Below are positions 49,358 through 61,900 of a stretch of DNA of 64,000 nucleotides, in pieces; position 1 is the stretch's first letter, and the number at the start of each line of letters is the position of its first letter. Below the pieces are notes generated by a model. That model saw nothing but the letters and a program-made list of their open reading frames with translations. It had not been told where the DNA came from and ran no database searches. This stretch comes from Fimicolochytrium jonesii. Lineage: Eukaryota. The DNA lies in the NCBI RefSeq assembly GCF_025526975.1, contig NW_026515670.1:1364001-1428000 (forward strand). The letters are read 5' to 3'. The translations under genes were made by a program, and so were the position numbers.

Positions 49358-49590
49358 AGACGTGCGACAGTTTATGGCCAGACATGTGTCGGGGAAGGCA
49401 GATTATCTCGGTCGGGTCTCATCGTGAATGGGCATTTTGGGGGGAGTTCGAGGCTCGCTTCTCAACTATTTTGGAGGGGCTAGCGGTATCAAAAGCATCG
49501 GGTTGGTAGGTGGAATGCTTGAACGGCAAAGTGTTACGTGTATCGATTTGTGCAAATACGTGGTCTATGTGAAATATATACATAAGAATT

Positions 49591-50502
49591 TCAATCCCAG
49601 TCGTCGTCACTTTCCTCATCCTGTTTGGTTGCCCGACGTATATTGAATCCTGATCCGCCCATGCCCTCATCGTCGCTGTCTCCTTCACTCCTCTGAGCTG
49701 TCAGCGCCGAGTCCTCGATGGCTCCTATCTGCTTCAACATGTTCTCCATGAAGTTCACGGTGGTCGCTGCCCCACCCATTTGCGATATCCCCACAATGTT
49801 CCGCTTCAGGTCACCTTCTCCGTAGATCAACAGGGTTGGTGTGTTGCGGTCCGGGTAGTTCGGTATACATTGATCGGCTACGATTTTGAGGAACTTTGTT
49901 GCGCGGTACTTTTGGGCTAACCGGTCGAGAATGCCGTTGACGAGCTTACAGGCCGACACGTGGTTTTGGAAGAGGTGGAGAACGACCCAGGTGTTTTTGC
50001 TCGCTTCGGTGACTTCGACTTGGTAGTCTGTCTTCGAAATTTGGATGACACTGCCGTATTTCTCTTTTCGTGCTGCCTCGTTCATCTCCGCCATACGCTG
50101 CCGCCGATATGATCTGTGGGAAGTACAATAAGACTTTTCACCCGAAGCTTTTAACGATCCAGCGCACGTTGGTTACGCACTCCAAAATTCGGTCGTCCTC
50201 CTCGTCCTCCAGCTCGTCCAGCTCATCCAGCGTCCGGTCTTCTATGGCCTTCTCCCCAAACTTATTCCGAATGACTTTGTCCATCATCTCTTCAATTTGC
50301 TCTTCTGTAATCTCTGCCTCCTTCGGCTCTATGATGCCCTGCGCCCGCAGCGCATCGTTCCATTCTGGTGGAAAGGAAGAGCGTAAGAGTGGATCGAAAA
50401 CTTCCAAGATCACCTTGTTCCCACGAGTTTCTTGACACAGGAGATAACAACAGTTTCCCGTTGTGCAGAGCTGAAAAGCGTACCTGTGTCTTCGGAAGAC
50501 AT
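49591..50502 (-). CDS. PLP2: Phosducin-like protein 3 / Plp2 (CCT co-chaperone)
   Basis: MSSEDT|EWNDALRAQGII, LDELDELEDEEDDRILE, YGSVIQISKTDYQVEVTEAS, TKFLKIVADQCIPNYPDRNTPTLLIY. Confidence 0.92.
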
Positions 50503-50934
50503 TGTTGGTGCTAGGTCTTGAACGTTGGCGAGCCAAGTGTGGGTGAGACTGGGGTGAGACTGGACCACCACGGCTTCAAAGTGTGTTGGTCTATCGCGCG
50601 TTGTGCGTGAAGCGACGTGGATTGGCCGCAGATGGGTAGCTCACTCTCTCACTTGCAGTACTGTAGCTAGCACACATTGGCGTTTTGACTAGCGTTCTCA
50701 CCCCTCAACATTAGCACATTAAGTGTGCGGTTACTCCGCCATACTATATATACAGCCAAGCAAAATCCATTTCACTGATGCAGCGCACATCGCATTAAGA
50801 AGCAGTGACGGTTGTTGTGAGAAATTCCCCAATTACGAAGATCAAACCTGCATATGTGCTACATGCCCTACAAGAACCCCTATTTACACCTGCCATTCCC
50901 TCCATCCCCTCACTCGTTCCATTAGCATCCTCTC

Positions 50935-51680
50935 CTACTGCACCAACCTCCCCACAACCGGATACTTCTTCCTATAAAATGTCTCCCACTGCTCCAGCGT
51001 CTCAACCTCCTTCTCCGTCAACCCCTGGATATCCGCGACGACGTCCTCGGCCTTCAGGCTCGATTTGGCGAGGGCGCGCGAGGCGTCTTTGCCCGCGAAG
51101 ATGCCGTAGCTGCCGCCGGGGCCGTACATGGAGCGGCCGGTTGTGCAGTCGAACACTGGAAATGAAATATCGGTGAGTATGTGTCGGGAGGGGGGATCGG
51201 AGGATGAGAGGGAGAGGGCCACACGTACCAACGCCCCTGATAGCGATATAAACAGGCTTGGACTCGTCCTTCCCGTCGAATTGCGCGAGCTGGGCGGGTG
51301 TGAATGACTCGGTGCCTTCTGGGCCGAGGTTCCCGCGGGTGGAATTTTGGCCGGGTGGTGTGAATGTCATTTTGGTGCTGGGTGATGTGCGCGGTGCGGT
51401 TGAGCTGGTGGGGGTGTGAGGGTGAGTACGCACGGGCTTGTCTGAGGGGTTTATGTCCTACATGTAGAACCCCGCCACGTCGCCATCTTCCCAGCAATTT
51501 TCCATACCTCTTCGCAGTACTTGGCTTTTCAGGGGCCGGAACGTGCTGGTTCCTCCCTCTAATGACAATGGAGAACCCCCAAAGGAGTAAGAGGAGAGCG
51601 GATACTTTGAGGAGGGGCGAGTCGCCGAGGAAGTCGAAGGGGGTCGTGATCTCTGGTGTTGGTGTGGGTTGATGGGCCAT
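50935..51680 (-). CDS. Membrane-associated progesterone receptor (MAPR/Dap1-like) cytochrome b5-like heme-binding protein
   Basis: N-terminal TM segment (LLKVSALLLLLWGFSIVI), then [67 protein letters not shown]. Confidence 0.88.
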
Positions 51681-52015
51681 TTCGGAGACGGGGAGCTGGT
51701 GGGAGTTGGTCTGAGCGGCTTTATGTGGCGGGCGATTGGCTGTGGATTTGCCGGTGCAAGTCGCGTCATCCAGCAGACATGTGAGAAACTGGAGAACTTG
51801 AGAACGCGTTGCCTCACCGGAGCGGAGTTGAAATTGAGAGGGGACGCATCTGGACGGGAGATGGCCTACGAGACTGCAAGCATCCAAGGAGGGACATCCA
51901 GGAAGGAACCACGTCCAAGCACCTCCATATCACAGGTTGTCTGTCACCAGCGACTCCGTATATTGTGCCGTAAGCCTACACAATCACGTAAGCTTCTAGT
52001 ACCACATCTCCAACA

Positions 52016-55000
52016 CTACTTCTTCTTCGCCGACTTAGGCTTCCCCTTCGCCCCCTTGGCATCCTTCTTCTTATCCCCCTCATCATCCGGCGCCGTGAGC
52101 AATGCCGTCCGCTTCTTGACTAGTGGGGTCTTTTCATAGAAGTCCTGTGGAAAATGATGTGCGGGATAAGAATTGATGTCCGCTTTCGGCAGAGAAGACA
52201 CAGAGGGTCGGTTATCGTACCCAAAACGGTTTATCCTCGTCCTTGTCGATTGGATACATGTTCAGGATCTGCTCTACTAGCTCGTTGGTCACCAGCGGTC
52301 TTGATCGCAGCTACGAAGTGCGGGTGTCAAAAGTACAGTACTGTGTGGCGCATCCCGCTCCCAAAACATCACTTACAAGCTTCAACCTCCGATTCGTCAG
52401 TGCCCTCTCACAAGCCAGCGAAATCTGCCCCGCAGACAACCCCTCACTCATCCTCGTCAGCAAACTAACATTCAATCCCCCCACCGCACTCGGCACCTTC
52501 TTCCCCACAAAGAAGTTCCACAGCGCATTCCGCGACGCATAATCCGGTTTCGGGACCATCAAATGCTTCCCAAACGGCGGCAGCAGCGCCTTCATCTCCC
52601 CATCCCACGGCTTGTTGCTCACCCCCATCACCAGGACGCGCATCTCCGGTTTAAGCGCCTTCATGGCTTTGAGTAAGTCCTTTTTGATGCGTTTGGGCTC
52701 GGATGTATCATCCTTGGGCACTTTTTTAGCGAAGATCATCTCGACGTTGTCGATATAGATGATGGCGGGGGCGTTCGCTTTGGCCACTTTGAAGACCATG
52801 TGGATCATTTTGGAAGTCGCGGCTTTCCCGGAAAATTGGCCGGCGGTGTTGCGAGGGGTGAGGTTGAAGAGATAGGCGCCTAGTTCGGAGGCGACGGCGT
52901 TGACGAGGAGGGATTTGCCGGTTCCTGTTGGTTTACATCGCGGGGTAAGTATCTCCTGCCTCGTACAAGATGGTTGTTCCCGAAACTATCCAACCTTTTG
53001 GCCCAAACAGCAAAACGCTAGTCACCGCCGGGATCGACACAGACTCCGGAAGTCCAAGAGGTAACACGCAGTATTCACTGACAGCCTGCATGAACTCGTG
53101 CATAAGCCACCAACACCCGCTCAAAGCAAACCCGACATCCCACCCACACCCATACCCTCTGCACCTCCCCCAGCGTAGGCTTCAAAGCCGTCACCTTACT
53201 CGTCGATGTCCCAGAGACATCAAACTCGCCGCGCAAATCTCGTAGCGACGCTGGTGGGTACTAATCGGGGTGTTACTCCGAATTTTGTTGAAACTCAGAA
53301 ATTCCGGGTGAATACGTACCTTCTGCAAAATCCCCGTCTGGACCAACTCCTCCACCAACGACTCCATCGTTCTGTTGGCAGTGATGTCTTTCTCCTTTTT
53401 CCCTTTCTACATCTCGGCATTAGCATCACATCTCTGCCCATCCAAGAACAAGATTTCGCAAAACCCACCTTGCCCCCCTTCTTCCCACCCTTCTTCCCAC
53501 CTTTCTTTCCTGCACCATCCTTCACATGAGACACGGCTGTGGATACAGGTGAAAGGAATTGGCGATGAACAGACCTTTCTTCCCCTTCTTGCCCTTCTTC
53601 CCTTTCCTGCTCTTTCCAGCCTTTTCTCTCTCCACTGCCATTTTCAGGTTCTTGAGCTCTTCTTTTAGGATTTCCATTACTTGGTTTTTGATCTAGCAAC
53701 GACAAAACCATGAGTTTTAAACTATGACGCCTCGGAAAATACGATGGTGGTCGAGGGCAAATGATAGTTACGCACCTCGGCCTCGACTTCGCGCCGTTTT
53801 TCGCCCTTGACGATTTCCTGGTCATGCTTCTGGGCGAAATTCTCAGCTTCGTCTTTTCTGGCCCATTTGTCGGCGAAGGTTGAGCGTCTGCGGTTCACCA
53901 GTACAAAGGAGTCAGGATCGATGCTGATGGACCACTCGGAGATGGTACTCGAAGGGTACGACTTACTCTGTTTTGATGTCCTCCAAGTACGTGGAGTCGT
54001 CGAATTTGAAGCGGTCGGGGTCTTCTTCCTCCTACCCAACCCACCAGTCAGTCAGACACAATGCACATCTCCTAGCCCCTCGAAAAAGGCAACAGACCTC
54101 CCCCTTCCCCTTCTTCTTCTCTTTCCCTTTCTCCTTCTTCCCCTTCTCCTTATCCTTGCCCTTCCCCTTCTTGCTCCCCGCGGTACTCGGTTTACTCCCC
54201 CCCTCGCTCGCCTCCACATCCGGCGGCGGCGCAGGAATCTGGCCGTCAGCGGTAAGTTCAAATTTGAAATTTGGGTTCTGCCAGACTTTGTCGGTAGGGA
54301 AATCGGGAAATTTGCCGTTGATGCGCTTGTATTCCATGTACCAGTGGCGGAAGGTGTCTTGGAGGGATTCGCGCATGTCGGGGCCTTCGACTTTCATTAT
54401 CCTAGAGATGGTTTTAGAAATGTTCTCGTTCCAAGTCGGGACTGTTTTTGGACCATGGAGGCAATGCGTACTTTTCACGGGTATTCACCAACGCCTGCTG
54501 GTACTCATCCTCAAACTGCTGCTGAATGAATTTCCTCCTGTTGCGGTTATTCTCCGCTTTGACGATCGGGTTTGTTTTCGGATCTTTTAGTACGGATGTC
54601 ATCCCTGCCCTGACGAGGAGAGTCGTCACATGAGAAACAGTTCTGAGAGGTTTGAGGGATGTTGTGGGGATGTACCTAGAAATGCGAGCTCGTCGTGCAT
54701 CATCTTTTTGTAGATTTGGCGGGCTTTGAAACCTTTGTACCTGGAGTCGGGATGTAAGGCTATGTCTGTAATTTGGCACTTGGTATAGAACCCGCACTCA
54801 CACTTTCTGAATCCGTATCGCAGCAATATTGACTTCCATATCTTCCTCATTCTGGTCAAGGTCTTTTTCTCTATGTGCTTGCAGCCTGACGAGTTCAATC
54901 ACCGTCAGCTTTCATGATCGTAGTCCTCATCGAAAAGCTGAGAAGATGCCATACTTGATATCCGCCATGTACTTCGCCCTCAGCCTGCCCTGCCGCCCGC

Positions 55001-55715
55001 GCTCGTTCACCTGAATGATGCGAATAGCGTCTGCGATCTTGAGGGGTGGGAAGGGCGGGACGGCTTCGCCGAAGCCCATTGTTTTTGCGCTAAGGCTCTC
55101 CTGTTGTTCATGCACCGATCGCACCGTCAATCCTCCATTAATTCATGAATGCTCCTGATTGTCAGCATACCAGAAGAGCTGAATGCTGCGTTATCCTATC
55201 CACTCTCTCCTCAACATAGAATTTGGGTATGGGGATCCGAAGGTCGTCCGGCGTCAGTTTCATGTCCATTAGGATGTCGCCGATGTTGAGGAAATCTGTC
55301 AGCTCCAGCTCGACGAGTTTCTGTTGGAAAGGCTCGATGAGCCACATGTGTTTATTTGATGTGCGAGGAGAAGACGCCTTACATGCTTGATCTCGACCAT
55401 CCGTCCCATCGTCGCAATCACCACATCCCGCAGCAGTCGTCGTTTTTGGGGATGAACGATCTGATCATACGAGTTCTACGCAAAACGATTGCATAAGTCC
55501 GTGGAAAATAAGATGGAAAGGAAAAGGGAATCAGGCCGCACCTCCAGTTTCCGAAATATCTGGATGTACCTCACGTAAAGCACGGCCAAATGCTGCACGG
55601 CTGCTTCGCGGTCTTTGACCTGCAGCGTGGCATCTTTGGGGGTCTCGTACTCTAGCTGCTCCGCAAGCTCTTTGTTGCCGTCTATCCAGAGTTGGTTATA
55701 CGTTTGGTTTGACAT
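52016..55715 (-). CDS. IQCA1: IQ and AAA domain protein IQCA1 / DRC11 (nexin-dynein regulatory complex)
   Basis: MSNQTYNQLW, YDQIVHPQKRRLL..MGRMVEIK, IQVNERGRQGRLRAKYM, IQK..KGFKAR IQ motif, K/G-rich tracts, AAA Walker A GPKGTGKS, KRIKKDLLK. Confidence 0.92.
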
Positions 55716-55962
55716 CTTTGCTGTATAATTAGGGGGAATACGTTCCTCTTCCTACGTATATAACAGTTTCCGAGTAGGTTTTTTGAGAAGCGGACATTTG
55801 AGACGTGGCTTGAGGCTTCTGCTTACGCGGCGCGAATTCGGACGACATTCTTGTCCGCCCCTAATGCGAGGCAGTCATCGACTGGACTCCCCAAATCGAC
55901 ATTGTTCCCCACAGTTTCCCACGCTGAACATTGGTCACTTCACAAACGCCCACCGAAGAGAC

Positions 55963-58900
55963 ATGGACACGGACAATGACAGCAACTCCAACAGTTTCGA
56001 TATGGAAGACCTCTGGGTGCCTCAGCTACCGCACGGAGTCTTGATGGCGATTGGGGTTGATAGAGAGGATGTGGTATGATGATCCCGCCTTTGCTAGGGC
56101 GGCGGGGCCGTAAAGGGTGAAACTGACGAACTGTACCCTACGATGCAGACATCACTAGCGAACAACCCACAGGCAGCAGGCAGTTCCAATAATACGGAGG
56201 CAGAGCAGTCACAGAACAAGAACACTGGAGTCAGGACTTTGATGCCTTCCGCCATAGGAGTGGGCGGAGATCAGCACGCGAATGGCCATGGGAAAGAGGA
56301 CACATACAAAACCCCTGCACCGAAAAAGCGAGCAGCACAATCACATATGAGGAGTCTACTCGCGGACTCGCCGGACGACTTTTCTCCTCTGCGATTGGAC
56401 GAGGGTTCCGCCTCACGGGTCACGGGCCAACTAGACACGCCATGGCGGCAACCCGACCAGCGAAACCGGTTCATAACGCCACTCCACGCGCGGGCTCTGA
56501 ACCTCCCGGTTGGCTGGTCACCCTCATTAGAAACTCCGTTGCCAAATGGGAAGCAGCGGGCCGTGACGCCCGGTCACATTGCGAGTCTTCTTCGGCGGAG
56601 GCAGTTTCAGTCTTTGGCGGCTCAGGAGTCTCCTACGGCTTGGGCTACGGTTGGGCCTCGGAGTAGAAGCCCGGAGGGAACGCCACCTGTCATGCCGGCC
56701 ATAGCACCTGCGGAGCAGATACGCGTCCTGCATGAAGAATCGAGGATGTCTAATGTTGAGAAGCCGAAGGCGCTGTCGGCTGATCGTGCGCTGGGGCGCT
56801 TACTGGCGAATCGACTTGGCAATGCACGGAGAGAAACGTCGGTAAAAGAAAACGATTTCAGTTCTCTGACACCGGGAGTCAAAGGTATGGGCTTGTCCAT
56901 TGTGCTCTTGTGTGTAGACGGGCGGTTCAGCCGATAACAGTACATTTCAGTTTCAGGAACAGGAGTAAAGTGGTTGACGCCTTTCCTGGGTCAGCAGAAA
57001 CCGAAGCCCCTCGCGAAATCCAACACGAGGCAGATCCGTTCTGCTGAAGGGCGACCGAAAAGGATGTTGCTGACTCCGAGGACTGCTGATCCGTCTCCGT
57101 CGAAGAACGACTTTGATGACATGTTCGCTAATCAATTCGTTCGTGAGCCGTCTCTCACCGCTGTACCGAGCTTGCACAATGCTCTGCAGGGCGAGGCTGC
57201 TAAAAGGAATGCAGATCAGGCGATGCGCGACGAAACACCGCTGAATGCCAAGAGGAAACGTCGGGGAGGTACCGTCACGAAGATCCAGGACATCGTTGGG
57301 CCCGAGCAAATACAGCCGCTGGAACTGTCTGATATCATTGGGACTGTCCCAACGACATACGTCTCCTCAAATCAGAGCAGGAAACCCAACAAAAGGCGAA
57401 AGTCGAAGGGCGACTTCCCCAAGCTTACTGTACAGTCTCATTGTGTGACGCCATCTGAAGATCTCACGACCCAAGCCGCTCCAACAGGCGATGACTTGAG
57501 CTTCTGGGCAACTACCATCCCGACTAGGGTGCCCAAACCCAATTTTGACGTTGTTGGGACGTCAACAATCACGGCATCGGGGCGCTCCACCACCGCCAGC
57601 ATTGCCATAGGTCGCGCAGAACAGAACCCCTTCCAGGAACGACCTCAGGAGGAAAGGAAACGAGGTCGCAAGCTACGGCACTCGGATCCGCAGGGCAACG
57701 TTAGAAGAAGCGAGCGAATACGACGCGGGGAGAGCGGTTGTAGCAGTACAAAAGAGATCAAACATATGAAAGCGAAACCCGGCACGGCACGGACCCCGGC
57801 GCCGGCGCCGGCGAGCCCTGTTGCACGAAGATCTGCACCGTACAGCAATGAGCATACGAGGCGTCTCAAAAAGGAAGCGTTAGACACGTTTGAAAGCATC
57901 TTTTCTTCTTCGCCCTTATCGGATGTATCCGTGCTGAGCTCTCCGGAGTCTGTGTATTCGAAGAAATCTGATGCGGGCCGAAAACGAGGAATGATGATCA
58001 AAGCGGCCTCACCATGCCTGCCATCTTCGAGTCAATCGGCACACCGTGAGCTTTGTGCCATGTCGAGTGATCTTTTCAATGCGGCAGGTGGCTCCGAACC
58101 TCATTCGCCTCCACGTCCATCTCCCGTTTACGATGCAAAAGCGACGAACAACGGCCCAGGCGCCGCACCAATACTGATATCGTCGTCACCCGCGAAAGCC
58201 CAGTCCCCTGTCGCGCGGGAGATCCCAGCACGGCTGTCATCCCCTCAGTCGAAGTCGCCGGATGATAATGATAGAGTCGACATTGCGGACCTTATGAACA
58301 TTCTCGAGATTCCAAGCATCACCCCGCCGAACAAACGGAAGCGCGACTTGGGTTCGAAGGCGCCATATCGGAATGGACTGTTGCTGCAAACCTCGGAACT
58401 GGATTCGATCCCGTCGGATGTGGAGTCTGATGGCGATGCTGCTCATACGGTTGCTGTCGGGGATGGTGTCCCATCAACAGCGACCGCGGCCGAAGCGCCG
58501 GCAAACTCGATGATCGTTGAAACGCAGGAAGAAGACGACTTCCCACATATTGGATCTCCCGCGCTCTTAGAGCCTACTGCTCGCTCACAGGGTATTGAAA
58601 TGGAAGGCTCGTTAGATGCTACGTGCAGTCAGCAACTGCTTCTGATCTCAAGTCCAGTCGGATCCAACCATGTGGAACTCAACCTGATTGCAAGCATCGC
58701 GGAAACTATCAAACACGAGCATATAGATACCCAATCGAGCGTAACCCAGATGACTAGCATCACCGACGATGTAGATACGCAGTCTGTCGTAACGCAGAAA
58801 ACCACCATCATCGACAACATAGAAACCCAATCCAGCGTGACGCAGAAGACCACCATCATCGACAACGCAGATACCCAATCCACCGCAACCCAGAAAACCA

Positions 58901-61900
58901 CCATCATCGACACGGGCCAGGACGTGATCCCCGCCACCCTTTCGTTGACACCTCGACTCAATCGCGCGGAAGTGAAGATGAAACAGGCGGTCATTGATGT
59001 GCCTAGCTCGCCGGAGTCGCAGACGCAGGGGTCGGAGTGTGACTCGCCTTCTATCTTTCGGCGGTTTCCGATGATGGCGACAGGAAGTGTTGGTAGCCTA
59101 AACCTGGTGATGCCGACGCGTTTGGGGAAAGAGGTGGGAACTGACCATGATAGCGATCGCACTGAGTCGTTGCCGCAGAGGGAGGACGACGAGCTTATTC
59201 ACGTACTTGACGCGGATGACGATATACGAGCTAGATCAGCAACGCTCGACATCGAGGATAAGCGCGAGATGGGACTGCCTGTTCATTCGAGTCCTCCACC
59301 GTCGCGGCATGTTCAGGATTTTGATGACACGCAAGAAGATACTCAAGACGGAGGTGATGACCATCGTTACGGTGTCCCGCTTACGCTGGAAGTCGCTGTC
59401 GAGACCGCTGAGGACGCATCAACTAGATCGGCTACCCCCGGCGTGGCCGAGAAGCAGGCAATGGGACCGCTTGCTCATTCAAGTCCTGTACGGTCGCAGC
59501 ACGTTCAAGATTTTAACGATACGCAAGACGAGACTCGAGAGGCGCATGATGAATATCATCTGAGTGGACCACGTGCGCTTGAAACCACCGATGTACGCGA
59601 GGAAGCAGTGAACGGCCGTACCCAGGATAACCGCACAGCAGCTGGCAAAATCTCATCGAAGGCTCCAGTCCCCGGCGGTCACGCAGCTCGCTCTCCGCCT
59701 GTTGATGACCTCAAAGATCAAGCTGCCACCATTTTGGCGTCACGGTCTCCAGTGACCTGCGCCGCATCACCTAAATGTGTGGCTCACGCAGATGTCGATG
59801 ATGCATCCGTGATGTCCGCCGGATCGTCTCCGATCATTGCCGCATCGCAAGCTTCGCTGACTGGTGCGGTGAACGACAGTTTCAAACTCCCCAATCAGTA
59901 TGATGAAGCGGAACGCACGCAGCGAGCAAAAGCCGTACGGTGGGACACAGATGAAGTCGAACACCCGCCACTCGGAGTGCAATCCGATGTAGACGATGAC
60001 GATGAGTATGGAGATGATTACGGCCACTCGATGCTCTCCGCAGTGCATGGCATAACACAGAAGCTCAAAGTGGAAGCGGACTTCCCACGCACCCAACCCG
60101 GATTCTACGACGCGTACACTATCGAAGACGACGATATTTCTGCGAGCTTTGAACGTGCGTTGAACCAAACAAATACGCAACCGGCCCAATCCGTCCCGTT
60201 GAGCGCCCCGATACCACCGCCATTTCACGCGCCTGCGTTCAAAGATCAAGATCCTGAACCCGCCGAACAGGGCCTGATCAATTTCGCGTTCGCTTCGGGA
60301 AAGCAGCTGAAGCCGAATATGTCTACCATTCGGCGCTTTGCGCAGTTTGTGGACCAGGAGTTGAGCGCAGATGCCAATCCGATGTGTGCGTCCGGGGGTG
60401 GGCTGGGATCGGGCCGTGCGAGTGTGTCGTTTGCGCCGAAATCGTTGGGGGATTTGAGGAGGGAGGTGCGTGGGTGGCGAACACCGCTTGGGGAGGGGGA
60501 TGGGATGACTGTGGTGAAGGAGGTCCCGCACGCGGCGGATGAAGGCACGAATACGCCGATGGACTACCGGGAACCGCCGCTGAATGAGACAGCGCCGGGT
60601 CGTTCGGGAGGTCAACGAGATCGCCACGGAGAAGGGGACGAGAATTGTCATCACGAGTTCCCTCCCCTGATCCAAGATTTTGCGATCTCGAAGGACCGTG
60701 ACTCGCCTACAACAATCTCGGGGGACGACTATTCGATACTTGCGGAACCTTTTGGTGCAGCTAGAATAGAGGCTGCACACGACGTGTCATTCGAGGTGCC
60801 TGTACACCGGATAAATGGGAACCAATCTGCTGTCCCAGAAGCAACGGTGGCGCACAATACAGGTGCAAGTGAATACTACGGCGGTCAGATTTCCGACACG
60901 GTTCAATCTGAAGTGAGAGCCAACCTGTTGGACAACGCTGTCGGAATTGTGCCTAACACACCGCTGGGTATACCAGCATACGAGACGGCAGCGATGGAAT
61001 TGGAACCACCAAGCGCGCTGGCCTCTCCCACACCCATTCGACATAGCGACGTTGTAGGAGCGCAGACGCCGTTCGCGCCACCAAAAGCTGCTTTTGCTGG
61101 ATTCAGCACAGGTCGGGGCAAGGCGTTGGGGCCTGTGAGCAAACAAGCACAGCAACGCGCGGTGACACTTGGATTCAATGCGGAAACGCCTTTTGAGATC
61201 CCCGAAACGCCCGTTCCGAAGAAGAGACAAGCGAACCTGGTCGAGCAATCTACTTCCGAAGAACAGCAATTGAGTGGACGGAAAGTTGATAATCTTGAGC
61301 GACCTGCGGGCTTCATGTCGGCAAGCGGCAAAGGGTTACCTCCGATTTCGCGGAATGCTCAAATTCACGCGCGTGCCTTGGGGTTGCTTGAGGAGGATGT
61401 TGTTAGTGACGTGCATACACCTGTGCGCCCGAGAGCTGGGCTTGGCGCACGGTTCACCGGTGGGACGGGCGAGAAGTTAGGGGAGCCGTCGCGGGCCGTT
61501 CAAGAGTGTTCACGCGTCATAGGGCTCTACGATGGGCCACGGGATAACGCCATCGTGGACGATCCTACGCCAGCAACCTTTCCGGTAAACGAGAGAAGCG
61601 CGCGGTGGGGCACTCTTGAGACGCCAGTGCGGCCATCGGTCGGTGGCTTTGCGGGGTTCTCGACCGGAACGGGCAAGAAGCTACCGGGGCCTTCGAACGC
61701 TGCTCGAGAGCGGGCACGGCTCATGGGTCTGTACGATGGCGCGAACGAAAGCATGATAGTTGACGAACCGACACCGGTATCTTCCCCAGTAAAGGCGAGA
61801 AGCGCACCGTCATACCCTGTCGAAACGCCCATTCCGCCTAAGCCCGCTGGGTTTTCCGGCTTTTCGACCGGCACAGGCAAAAAGCTACGGGAACCTTCAG

